This document shows positions 14,439 to 23,508 of a DNA stretch of 37,123 bases, piece by piece (the first letter of the stretch is position 1; every line of letters starts with the position of its first letter). Origin of the DNA: a virus (taxonomy: Duplodnaviria; Caudoviricetes); IMG/VR virus record IMGVR_UViG_3300016476_000621, positions 1-37,123 of that record. The stretch is one strand, 5' to 3'. A program made the position numbers and the translations under genes. Under the pieces are notes generated by a model, which did not search any database, had not been told where the DNA came from, and worked only from the letters and a program-made list of their open reading frames with translations.

Positions 14439-14678
14439 TTACATGAAGAATCCGGCCAGACCTGCGCCAACGACGGTGAAGACGATGAGCGCCAGAACCG
14501 CATCCATAACCGCTTGGAAGCGGCGGAATGCAGCGAGCTTGTCCATGCCGCGTGAATAGTCGGCGGGAATGGTTTCCGAAACGTCTTGGCGACGTTCCAG
14601 TTCGCGACGGAATGTCGTCACGTTGTCAGTGATGCGGTCGGAGTTGCGACCGATACGGGTGTTGCGTTGTGTTTTCAT
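14439..14678 (-). CDS. Small protein with C-terminal transmembrane helix
   Basis: ATG at 14678; ends AVLALIVFTVVGAGLAGFFM; first gene after a strong promoter. Confidence 0.7.
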   Translation of the reverse strand: MKTQRNTRIGRNSDRITDNVTTFRRELERRQDVSETIPADYSRGMDKLAAFRRFQAVMDAVLALIVFTVVGAGLAGFFM

Positions 14679-14706
14679 GTTGTGCTGTCCTGTGTGGGAC
14701 GCGGTA

Positions 14707-14748
14707 GTTTTAGACCAGTGCCGCAGGGTCGTCAAACGGTTTTTTTTC
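14707..14748 (-). promoter_or_regulatory. Sigma70-like early promoter with A-tract UP element
   Basis: A8 tract, then TTGACG-17 nt-TAAAAC. Confidence 0.65.
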
Positions 14749-15079
14749 AGCCAATGATGCGGTAGTGCGGAAGCTCATGGCAAACACCGTCTGCACGGGC
14801 AACGCGGAACTTCCTGCACTCAATGCGACCTTCCTTTATGCCGTTCTGAAGCCTTCCCATCAGGGCACTACGCTTCAGGCCAAGTTCTGCTTCCAGTGCG
14901 GTTCTTGTCTTCCACTCGGGTCCGACATGCTCCCTGTTCTGCTGAATCGAAAGTGCCTCAATCCACCTGGTAACGTCGGAAGTTGGTTGGCAGGTGCCAT
15001 GAGCCGTTGATTTGCCGCGCTTCTTGGACGGTGTAGCTGCCGTCGTCGTGGATGAGTCCGTAGATGAATCCGTTTTCAT
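14747..15079 (-). CDS. Winged-HTH-like protein (start uncertain)
   Basis: WKTRTALEAELGLKRSAL...GRIECRKFRV...PHYR; its 5' end overlaps the phosphoesterase gene. Confidence 0.6.
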   Translation of the reverse strand: MKTDSSTDSSTTTAATPSKKRGKSTAHGTCQPTSDVTRWIEALSIQQNREHVGPEWKTRTALEAELGLKRSALMGRLQNGIKEGRIECRKFRVARADGVCHELPHYRIIG

Positions 15080-15692
15080 GTCGTAGTGTTGAGGTGTGTC
15101 TCTTGTTGTATTCTTGGTCAACGTGCAGCAGTCCGCCAGACGAGTGCGCTGTTTTGCGCTCGTTGAAGGTGCCGAACGTGTGACTGTCGAAAGCGTGTAT
15201 GTGGCCAAACAGGCAGGAACCGTAAATGGCTGCGTGCTGCTTTGCGGCATAGATGCCATGGTGGAAACCGTGCAGCATGTTGAGCTTGCCAAAGGAGAAC
15301 ACGCCATGCCGCTTGTGATAGGGCTTCCAGGTGCAATGCAGCTTGCGGAGGGTGTTGTCCAATTCGCCGCAAAGTTTCCGCGCATAGTCGGCTTTAATGC
15401 CGTCCGTGCTGCTCTCGGCTAGCTCAAACAGGCGGTCGTCATGGTTGCCCATAAGCAGGTGCGTCGGCTTCCAAGCGTGCAGGAACTGGACGCCTGCGTT
15501 CCAGTCGTCTTGCATGGACTCGCACTGTTCTTCCGCAGACACGCCTCGGCGTAGCGGTCGGAGGTCAAACAGGTCGCCACCGAAAACGCGGATTTCTGGC
15601 TTGAAGTCCTTGGTGAACTCCCGCAGGACTTTGACGGCAGCAAGGTTCTGCCTGTCGCCGTGCAGGTCAGTGGCAAAGATGAATCGCTTCAT
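14958..15692 (-). CDS. Calcineurin-like metallophosphoesterase
   Basis: DLHG, GGDLFD, GNHD, HG and GHIH motifs. Confidence 0.9.
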   Translation of the reverse strand: MKRFIFATDLHGDRQNLAAVKVLREFTKDFKPEIRVFGGDLFDLRPLRRGVSAEEQCESMQDDWNAGVQFLHAWKPTHLLMGNHDDRLFELAESSTDGIKADYARKLCGELDNTLRKLHCTWKPYHKRHGVFSFGKLNMLHGFHHGIYAAKQHAAIYGSCLFGHIHAFDSHTFGTFNERKTAHSSGGLLHVDQEYNKRHTSTLRHENGFIYGLIHDDGSYTVQEARQINGSWHLPTNFRRYQVD

Positions 15693-15724
15693 GGTAGGGT
15701 GTTGCCAGCAGGCAGCATTCCGCC

Positions 15725-15753
15725 ACCATGAAGGCGGGTTTTTACGGTGTCAA
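15725..15753 (-). promoter_or_regulatory. Sigma70-like promoter
   Basis: TTGACA-17 nt-CATGGT upstream of the phosphoesterase gene. Confidence 0.45.
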
Positions 15754-15760
15754 CAGATTT

Positions 15761-15910
15761 TTACGGCTTGCGCTTGCCAGCCTTCTTAAGAGCGGCTTTC
15801 TGCGTAGCGTAAGCAATGGCAACGGCCTGCTTCTGCGGCTTGCCAGACTTCATTTCCATGGAGACGTTTTTGGAAAACGACTTGGGCGAGTATCCTTTAA
15901 TCAGGGGCAT
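15761..15910 (-). CDS. Small basic conserved phage protein (MPLxKG...GKPQKQAVAIA)
   Basis: ATG at 15910; motif recalled from many phage genomes. Confidence 0.75.
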   Translation of the reverse strand: MPLIKGYSPKSFSKNVSMEMKSGKPQKQAVAIAYATQKAALKKAGKRKP

Positions 15911-15914
15911 AGGG

Positions 15915-18900
15915 TTATTTGGTTGCGAGCTTTTGCGCTGCTTGTTCACTGTCACGGATGCCGAGCAAGGTGCCAGTCATGGAATAGACGCGGAACTTGC
16001 CAGACGGGGATTTGATGATGCGGGTGCCGTTGGTGCCGATTTGGATGTTGGAAGAGGCGGAGTCGGGCTGAAAGCGAATGTCAGGCGACTCAGGGTTGAA
16101 ACGCTGGGAAAGCGGGATGACGTTGCCGTTGTCGTCGTAGGTGACGGGGTCGGCGGATTTGATTTGGTTGTCAATTTTGCCAACCTTTCCAATAACAACA
16201 GCACCTCTCAACAGTGGCTCACTGTCACCTCCTGTTGTATTATACGGGTCGAGCATCCAACCGATAACATAATTGTCAGGCTTATCAAAAAGGGTGATGT
16301 CATATTGACCTCCCTTGCCTTGATTTTCAGGCTTTAGAACTTCAATAACCGAAACCCCTTTCTCCATGGTATTTTCACGCAAATTCCTGCTTCTGCCAAT
16401 CTCAGGAACTAAACCCCTTCTTCTAGCAATAACTAGTTCTGGTTTTTTATTGCCAAGAACTCCTTCAATAAACATCTGACCCTCATCGTCAACACCTAGC
16501 CATCTATCCCATCCGTCTGGCATAGATTCATCACGCAAAGCAGCGTTCCAATTCACTTCATAATTTTCTGAAAACCCCTCTTTAGCATGTCCATTTTTTA
16601 TCAGTAGGTTTCTGATTTTTTGCCCATAGTCATACCCTTTAATTGATGAAGGAATTGGAATTTTTTCAGTCACGAAAAGTTCGCCAACTCGATTTAGAAA
16701 CCCCGCCTTCTTCGCCGCCTCATCCACAAGACGCTGCGCCGCAGCCGTATCGCCAGCTTTCGCCGCGTTCAGGTAAGCGGCGTCCTGCTCGGGTGTCACA
16801 GGCTGGAACCTAGTCTGCTTTTCCTCCTTGGTGGCCTTCTTTGCGAAGTCACTCTGAGCCTTACGCATCGCTGCCTGTTCGGTTGATGCCGTTCCAAGTA
16901 GCTCTCCTTTGTCGTCATAGACCCGGAACAGCTTGCTGCCAGTCTTCTTCAGGATGCGGTATCCGTCAGGATTGGTCAGCGCCTCACCGTTGGGCAGAGT
17001 CTCGCGGGTGAATGCGTCGGGCTGGAAACGGCGCACAATGTTCTCGTATGCGTTTTCCTTGACCATCTTCAAGCGTTCTGTGGTCGGACTCACTTCGGTC
17101 AGTCGCTCAATACGGAAGTCACGGAAGGCACTGCCACCAACTCGGCGTTCCTTGTTGGCTAGCGTCAGAGGGTCAATCGTCGGCTCATTGACGTAGCCTT
17201 TGCCAGCCAGGCGTTTCGGCAGAGTGACGTTCATCGCCTCTGCAATCAGGTCGCGCTTTGTCGCACCAATCTTGGCATTGCCATTCCCAAGCAGTTCAGC
17301 GGTCGGAATCGGGTTCGGAGTCGAAAGGTTCCGCATACTACGCCCAAAGTCAGCCATGAAGCTGTTTAGGTCCGTCCAGACTCCCTTGTATTGCGGGTTC
17401 TGAAGAATCTTCTGGGCGTTTGCTTTGACTCGGCTGATGTCAATGTATTCGACATTGAAACCACCGGCAGAGTTGACGGTGATGGCTGTCGGGTAAATCT
17501 CCTGACGAGTCGGAGGACGCACCTTCGCCTTCATGGTGCCGGTTCTCTTGTCGAACTCATAAACCGGGTTGTTCACCGTGTTGAAGGTCGGTCCTTCATT
17601 GGCGACCATTGAGGCGAACAACTGGCGCATGTTGGCAAGCTGCTGGTTGCCCATGCCTCTGCTCTTGGCTACTGCCAGGAACTTCTCAAAGACGCTTTCG
17701 GGCGTTTGCGAGGTGATTTGAATGCGTGCACCAGTCTGGTTTACATCAACAGGTTCTCCAACCTTGTTCGTCACCCTGACAGTCTGCTTTTCCGCATCTG
17801 GCAAGGTCTGATACATGGCCTTGGCTTCATCGAAGTCGGCAGCAGTAACGGCTTTCTGCTCCTGCGGGGTCAGGATGCGAGGGTTGCCATTCTCATCGGT
17901 TCCAAGAACGTCACGGGTAGCGCCAAAGGTGGCGTTGGCAAAGACCAGCAAATCACGCGGCTTGTTCGGAATGACGACTTCCTGCGCCTTCTGGGTCTTG
18001 CCTGCAACCTGGCCTTTTTCACGGCTCATCTTGTTGGCAAAAGCACGCTTTAGAACCTTATCCAGTTGCGGAACACGAATAGGCTTGCCCTGCTCGTCAG
18101 TGAAGGCAACGGTCGGGTCTTTGATGTTGCGATTGGCATACAGCTTGTCGTTGATGGTGTTCAGAATGCGGTCGTCAATCTGCTGCAACAGTCTGCGGTG
18201 CCAGAGAGGAAGCCGGTCAGGATTGAACACGCCAGGACGAGAACGGCCCATGAACGCTTCGGCATACTCGGCAGTCATCTCGTCAATGACGAACGACCTG
18301 GCGTTGTCCAAAGCGGCTTCGCTGTATCCTGCGGGGTTCTCCAAGACGGATTGCGCTTCCAGAGCAACCCGATAGCCTTCAGGATTGTTCTTGTAACGCT
18401 CGGCAAGTTGAGCGGCCTTCTTTGCAAACTCAGCGTCGTCATACAGACCCGGCTTGACGATGTTGCCGTCTGCGTCACGTGTCGGAAGGTATGTTTCCCG
18501 CAAAGCCTTTTGCAGTTCAGCCTTCACGCCAACATTGAAAAGTTGGTGGAAGACCTCATGGGAAACCGTTCCCTGAGTCATTCGGTCAGGATTGATGGTG
18601 ATGGTTCCTCCGTTGGTGCCATCATAGGAAAACGAGTTGAAGACGTTCTTGCGCTGGGATGGCGGAACGACCTGAACGCTTGCGCCCATGGCTTCAGCCA
18701 GTCGCAGGTTGTCCAGCATGTCGGCGGCACGTTCTGGACCCGCCACCCTGATAGCCTGGTCCATGACTTCAGCGTAGTCGCTCCTTGCCTTGTCGTCTGT
18801 GATGTCGTTGACAAAGCTCTTGATATCGCCCATTGCGTTGCGCTGAGAACGAGCTGTTGAACGGCCTGCAATCGTCTTTGCAGCGTCAATAGAAGCATCC

Positions 18901-20309
18901 AGAGGTCCACCAAGAGCAGAGATGCCAACGCCTGCCCCAAAGCCTGCTGCTGCGCCCTGTTCGCCATCTGCGGCATATCCCAAGGCGGCACCGATGGGCG
19001 CACCAATTAATGCACGCTGTGCTGCCTGTCTAACAGACTCAGAAGCGTATTGAACAAAAGGCTGCGTGAAAAGCACCTTCTCAGCAAGTTTCCGAGCTTC
19101 AGGGCTGATGTTGGTAGCCTGTGCCATCTTTTCAAAGATGCCTGTGCGAGATGGGCCGGTCTTGGCAACCTTCGCGGCGGCACCGATGAAGTCAGCAGTG
19201 CGGGAAACACCTGCCAGACCTGCACGGGCAACCTTGGGAACTACGCTTCCGACAACTGCGCCAGTAATGGCACCTTGCGTTCCGCCTTCATTGTAACCGA
19301 CTGCTGCACCGATTGCGCCACGAACGCCTGCATCGCTCAAACCAACCTTGCCAGCCGTATCAATAACGGCTTTCCCAAGGTCTGCGGCACCTTTTACAGT
19401 GCCAGCACCGAGTTGAACACCAGTCAGACCGGCTTTCTTTGCGCCTTCGCCAACCTTGGCAGCAAACGCTTCAGCGTTCTGGCGCATGGTAGCAGGAATG
19501 ACAGACTCGCCACTCTCAATGGTTGCTGCTGCGGCAGTTGGAAGAACACTTGGAGCAGTTCCGACAGCGGTAGAGATTGGAGCTTGTGCAGTCTTCTTGA
19601 AGATGGTCTTCACCCCGCTTTTTGCGATGTTCTTGGCCAAACCGCCAAGGGTGATGGCATCAAGGTAGGAAGCACCCCTGGCAACTTCCTCAACGGGTGC
19701 GCCTTTGATGAGGTTTTCTGACGCTTCTGCAAGGTCAAGAGACTGAAGCTCCATCGCTCGTTGCTGGTCAATCAGCGTCTTGTAGTCTTCGGGAGTAGCA
19801 GCAACCTGCGAAACGGAAGGCCCACCAGGACCATAAGCGTAGCCAAACTGAGTCTTTGGAGTCTGCAAGAACTCGTCAATACTCGGGATGCGCTCATTGG
19901 GAGTGATGAGCTTTTGACCAAGGTTCACAAGGTCAACGGTTCCGGCACCAACGCCTCTGGCAGCGGACTCAAGAACGCCTTCACCGGCTTCAGTGACGGC
20001 AGATTTGACCCCTTTAACCACATCGCCAACAATGGTGCCGATGGCTTCACCAGAGATGCCAGCAAGCTCACCCCATGACAACTTCTTGTCGGCACGGTAG
20101 TTGTTGAGCTTTACATAATCTTCGTCGGGGATGGCGGCAATGAAGTCACGAATGTCAGCAGCACTGCCCATCTTGGACATGTCATAAGCAACGTCCTCAC
20201 CTGTGCGAGGAAACTCTGCTGCAATGACCTGGTTGATTTCCTCCTGAGTCGCATCATCAGGAAATTCAAGAGTTTGATTGCGAGACTCAATGAAGACTTG
20301 TTTAGGCAT
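15915..20309 (-). CDS. Large internal virion/ejection protein with polyvalent-protein-type domains
   Basis: 1464 aa; Gly/Ala-rich N-terminal third; HEVFH zincin motif; AYL.A...GD..AAQRLVDEAAKKAG and QIKSADPVTYDDNGNVIPLSQRFN...DIRF motifs; last gene of the virion module. Confidence 0.8.
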   Translation of the reverse strand: MPKQVFIESRNQTLEFPDDATQEEINQVIAAEFPRTGEDVAYDMSKMGSAADIRDFIAAIPDEDYVKLNNYRADKKLSWGELAGISGEAIGTIVGDVVKGVKSAVTEAGEGVLESAARGVGAGTVDLVNLGQKLITPNERIPSIDEFLQTPKTQFGYAYGPGGPSVSQVAATPEDYKTLIDQQRAMELQSLDLAEASENLIKGAPVEEVARGASYLDAITLGGLAKNIAKSGVKTIFKKTAQAPISTAVGTAPSVLPTAAAATIESGESVIPATMRQNAEAFAAKVGEGAKKAGLTGVQLGAGTVKGAADLGKAVIDTAGKVGLSDAGVRGAIGAAVGYNEGGTQGAITGAVVGSVVPKVARAGLAGVSRTADFIGAAAKVAKTGPSRTGIFEKMAQATNISPEARKLAEKVLFTQPFVQYASESVRQAAQRALIGAPIGAALGYAADGEQGAAAGFGAGVGISALGGPLDASIDAAKTIAGRSTARSQRNAMGDIKSFVNDITDDKARSDYAEVMDQAIRVAGPERAADMLDNLRLAEAMGASVQVVPPSQRKNVFNSFSYDGTNGGTITINPDRMTQGTVSHEVFHQLFNVGVKAELQKALRETYLPTRDADGNIVKPGLYDDAEFAKKAAQLAERYKNNPEGYRVALEAQSVLENPAGYSEAALDNARSFVIDEMTAEYAEAFMGRSRPGVFNPDRLPLWHRRLLQQIDDRILNTINDKLYANRNIKDPTVAFTDEQGKPIRVPQLDKVLKRAFANKMSREKGQVAGKTQKAQEVVIPNKPRDLLVFANATFGATRDVLGTDENGNPRILTPQEQKAVTAADFDEAKAMYQTLPDAEKQTVRVTNKVGEPVDVNQTGARIQITSQTPESVFEKFLAVAKSRGMGNQQLANMRQLFASMVANEGPTFNTVNNPVYEFDKRTGTMKAKVRPPTRQEIYPTAITVNSAGGFNVEYIDISRVKANAQKILQNPQYKGVWTDLNSFMADFGRSMRNLSTPNPIPTAELLGNGNAKIGATKRDLIAEAMNVTLPKRLAGKGYVNEPTIDPLTLANKERRVGGSAFRDFRIERLTEVSPTTERLKMVKENAYENIVRRFQPDAFTRETLPNGEALTNPDGYRILKKTGSKLFRVYDDKGELLGTASTEQAAMRKAQSDFAKKATKEEKQTRFQPVTPEQDAAYLNAAKAGDTAAAQRLVDEAAKKAGFLNRVGELFVTEKIPIPSSIKGYDYGQKIRNLLIKNGHAKEGFSENYEVNWNAALRDESMPDGWDRWLGVDDEGQMFIEGVLGNKKPELVIARRRGLVPEIGRSRNLRENTMEKGVSVIEVLKPENQGKGGQYDITLFDKPDNYVIGWMLDPYNTTGGDSEPLLRGAVVIGKVGKIDNQIKSADPVTYDDNGNVIPLSQRFNPESPDIRFQPDSASSNIQIGTNGTRIIKSPSGKFRVYSMTGTLLGIRDSEQAAQKLATK

Positions 20310-20310
20310 A

Positions 20311-21303
20311 TTATTGCTGGCGAATCATCCGACCGGTTTGCGGGTCACGAACAAACTGAATAGCACCTGGGCTTGAGACTCGCGCAGGTTCAGCAGGCGC
20401 AGTTGGACTTGGTGCCATCTGTGGCGCAGAAGGTTGCGCCTGTTCTTGCGGCACAAATCCCTGCAATCCTGTGGCTGCTCTGCTGCTGAAGTCAATGTAG
20501 GTTCCACGAAGCTCAAGCAAAGCCTTCTTGAACTCATCAACAGACAAAGCCGGGTCAAGTCTTGCCAATGCTTGCGTAGCCTTTTCACCTTCTGGTTGTG
20601 TGATTTGACCACCACCCTTCAGGCCTTCATACGCTTTCAGGAAAACATCACCTTTGATTTGGTCAATTTTGGTTTTGAGTTCTTTGGCCTTTGTCTCTGG
20701 AAGCACTCCCAAGGTGCTTTTCCAACCAACACCAGAAGCTAGTTCAGGGTCGGTCAATAGGGAATCAATCATATTGAGCGCCCTAGCAGAGTTTGCCATG
20801 GAAGATTGCAGCTTCAAAGCTCGGTCAAGGTCTTTGACCTGAGCTTCCTTCTGCGTCAATTGAAGTTTCTGCTCTGCTTCTTGAAGGTCAAAAAGAGACT
20901 TCTGAATGCCAATTTTTTTGGCTAGCTTTTCTTCTTCAGTTGGAAGAACGACAGGCGACCTCAATACCCCACCTGCTGCGATATTGGTTCCTTCAATGTT
21001 CAGGACTTGAGGTGGTTCAGGGTAAATGCTAGCAACGTCATCCATTGCGGCTTTTCTAGCCTTTTCAACGCGTCCAGTTTTAACAAGGACATCCATACCG
21101 CCAACCATGTTGGCAATCTCGTTGAAACGACGTTCCACCAGTGCGTTGTATTGCATCCTGCCTGGAGACGGTTGCAACTGCGGTTGCGCTTGCTGTGGCA
21201 TTGGTTGCGGAGCATAGGCGGCAACATTTGGCTGCTGTTGAGGCACAGGAATACCCATTTGGGCATAGTAGCTCAACGCTTGAGGTGAGAGAGGTTCAGC
21301 CAT
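20311..21303 (-). CDS. Internal virion/ejection protein
   Basis: Gln/Pro-rich ends, coiled coil, FLKAYEGLKGGGQITQPEGEKA motif; gene position. Confidence 0.7.
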   Translation of the reverse strand: MAEPLSPQALSYYAQMGIPVPQQQPNVAAYAPQPMPQQAQPQLQPSPGRMQYNALVERRFNEIANMVGGMDVLVKTGRVEKARKAAMDDVASIYPEPPQVLNIEGTNIAAGGVLRSPVVLPTEEEKLAKKIGIQKSLFDLQEAEQKLQLTQKEAQVKDLDRALKLQSSMANSARALNMIDSLLTDPELASGVGWKSTLGVLPETKAKELKTKIDQIKGDVFLKAYEGLKGGGQITQPEGEKATQALARLDPALSVDEFKKALLELRGTYIDFSSRAATGLQGFVPQEQAQPSAPQMAPSPTAPAEPARVSSPGAIQFVRDPQTGRMIRQQ

Positions 21304-21321
21304 AATGGGGAATCTTTGTTC

Positions 21322-21855
21322 TTAACGGTAGGGAGGGAAAAGCGCAGAGGAAGCACCACCCTGACCCGTTGGCAGAGTGAAAGCAGGGCGTTGCATAATG
21401 GCTTGGTCAATGAAGCTGCCAGCCTGCTGCAATTCCTGCTGTTGCATAGCACGTTGCGCAGCCTGTTGTTGCATCTGGAAAGCCTGCTGTTGGCGTTGGA
21501 TATTCGCCAGGGCAATAGCCTGCTGTTGAGCGGCTGCAACGTCCTGGTTGAACTGCTGTATCTGCGGACCGCTCATCTGGCCAATGTTCTGGTAACGCTC
21601 CAAGATAGTCGGGTCAACCTGCTGGCCTGTAACTTCGGCAACCTGCTGGTATTGGGAAAGCAGCGTTGGAGCGGATTCTTTGTTCAACTCATAATCCATC
21701 TTCTGCGCTGCAAAGCTCTTGGCGGCATCACTCAAGCCCTTGCCAATAGCTTCAATACCAGCAGCATAGTTGCGACCAGGAGCAGTTGCTTGTTCCATCC
21801 AACCTTGTGGGAGAACTTGATAACCACCTCGATAAGCGCCAAAGGGAGATTCCAT
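21322..21855 (-). CDS. Gln-rich internal virion protein
   Basis: Q/A-rich helical 177-aa ORF within the ejection gene cluster. Confidence 0.65.
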   Translation of the reverse strand: MESPFGAYRGGYQVLPQGWMEQATAPGRNYAAGIEAIGKGLSDAAKSFAAQKMDYELNKESAPTLLSQYQQVAEVTGQQVDPTILERYQNIGQMSGPQIQQFNQDVAAAQQQAIALANIQRQQQAFQMQQQAAQRAMQQQELQQAGSFIDQAIMQRPAFTLPTGQGGASSALFPPYR

Positions 21856-21856
21856 A

Positions 21857-22660
21857 TCAGTCTTTCATGTAGGTTAGCTTTTCCTGAGCCGCCCAGGGCA
21901 CAAGCGAAGCGATGTTTTCAACGGTCATGCCTAGTTTTGGGCATGGCACAAATTTAGCGGCATTTTCACGCCTATCAAGGCATCGAGTGCAGGCGTGGAC
22001 ATAATCCACGTTATGCAGCTTGTCCTTGCGCTCCTGCCAGCCGGTTTCGGTTTTCTCGTAACGTCCTTCGTCGTAAGGAACACCGTTCTGTTCAAGGTAT
22101 TCCCAAACCTCGGCATGTGTCCAGTCTCGCAGCGGGAAAAGCATCGTTCCCTGTCCAGGAACCATTCTCGCCTCGATACGGGTGCCAGCGTCACCGCCTA
22201 GGATAGGGTCAGAGTCGCAGCCCTTGTGGCCAATCCAAAGCGCCTGGAACTGCGGCATTTCTAGCAGTGTTTGCTTTGGCCGGTTGAGAATGTCCAGAGC
22301 GCAGACCCAAGGAGCGTTTGCAGCAGGTTCAACGATGCCAGTAGGGCAGGTCAACTTGGTGCCGTTCACCTGGTAAAGGTTCTGCACCTCAAATTCGCTG
22401 TCAGTCTGCTGGAAAGCGGATTCCTGCGGGTGCCAACTGTAAACCAACAGTTGCCAGTTGCGAATGATGCGGTCGTGAAACTCGTATTTCCAAGGTTGCC
22501 AAGGCTCTCGGAAGAAGATGACCGGCAGGTTAATGCCCATGCTGCGCATGATGTGAAGCAACGCCATGCTGTCTTTTCCGCCAGACCAGCAAATCAGGCC
22601 GTTCGGAAAGTGCTTGAAGCCGTCAGCGATTAGCTGTCGGGTCTTTTCGAGCTTGGTCAT
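21857..22660 (-). CDS. PAPS reductase family (PP-loop) protein
   Basis: WSGGKDS PP-motif and PLRDWTHAEVWEYL motif; C-terminal CTRC. Confidence 0.85.
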   Translation of the reverse strand: MTKLEKTRQLIADGFKHFPNGLICWSGGKDSMALLHIMRSMGINLPVIFFREPWQPWKYEFHDRIIRNWQLLVYSWHPQESAFQQTDSEFEVQNLYQVNGTKLTCPTGIVEPAANAPWVCALDILNRPKQTLLEMPQFQALWIGHKGCDSDPILGGDAGTRIEARMVPGQGTMLFPLRDWTHAEVWEYLEQNGVPYDEGRYEKTETGWQERKDKLHNVDYVHACTRCLDRRENAAKFVPCPKLGMTVENIASLVPWAAQEKLTYMKD

Positions 22661-23508
22661 CAGATGAGGGCAGCCGCGTAAATAGTCGCCCCAGCAGTCA
22701 TGGCGGACCTGGCCAAGCCCATACCTGCGCTTGCCATGGAACTCCTATTTGCGGCACCGGCTGCGCTGGCTGCGGCTTGTCCTTGGCTACGCTGGGCGGA
22801 AATATCCATGGCCATCTGGCTTTCAGGGTTGAAGAAGCGTCCAGAAGTCAAGCCCTGAGCACCACCGGCAAGCCCCATCAGGTTTTGCAGGCTCCCGCCA
22901 CCCATCATGGTGTTGTAATACTGCGGCATTCCAGAAGACTCAAGCTGTGCGGCAGTCTGTCCAGCGAACTGGCGACGCTGCTGCAAACGCTCCTGGCCAA
23001 GCCCATACTGGTTCAGGATTTCAGCACCAATCGCTCGGTTAGTCAGGCCAAGGCCGCGACCTGCGAAAGCTGCTCGGCTAGCCTGCTGCGCTTGGCGTTG
23101 TTCCTCGGGAGTCAGGGAAGAACCGGCAGTAAGTTCCTGCTCGGCCTGCTGCTGTAATCCAGAAAGCAAGCCCTGAGTGCCTGCGGCTTGTCGGTAGGTC
23201 TGGACGTATTGCGGCGCAAACTGCCCAAGCTGGCGGGTTTCCTCGGCTCGCAGGGCGGCAGTATCTTCAGCTTCCATCTTGCGATATTCCGGCGCAAGCT
23301 GTTGCAAGATGCCAAGATAACCCGGTTGACCACCAGTGCCAAACAGAGCGCCACCAAGCTGTTGCAGGTTCAGGGCAGTGAACTGCGGCTGATATTCTCG
23401 CTCAAGGGCAAGCAGACGCGGTGCAATGCGTTCTTGCGCCCGCAAAGCGGACTGCATTTGTGCGCCGTAGGAAGGGACTTTTGGAGCGTCAGGAGTGGAG
23501 GAACCCAT
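22660..23508 (-). CDS. DNA injection / pilot-like internal virion protein
   Basis: MGSSTPDAP N-terminus; Gln/Ala/Gly-rich; hydrophobic Ala-rich C-terminus. Confidence 0.65.
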   Translation of the reverse strand: MGSSTPDAPKVPSYGAQMQSALRAQERIAPRLLALEREYQPQFTALNLQQLGGALFGTGGQPGYLGILQQLAPEYRKMEAEDTAALRAEETRQLGQFAPQYVQTYRQAAGTQGLLSGLQQQAEQELTAGSSLTPEEQRQAQQASRAAFAGRGLGLTNRAIGAEILNQYGLGQERLQQRRQFAGQTAAQLESSGMPQYYNTMMGGGSLQNLMGLAGGAQGLTSGRFFNPESQMAMDISAQRSQGQAAASAAGAANRSSMASAGMGLARSAMTAGATIYAAALI

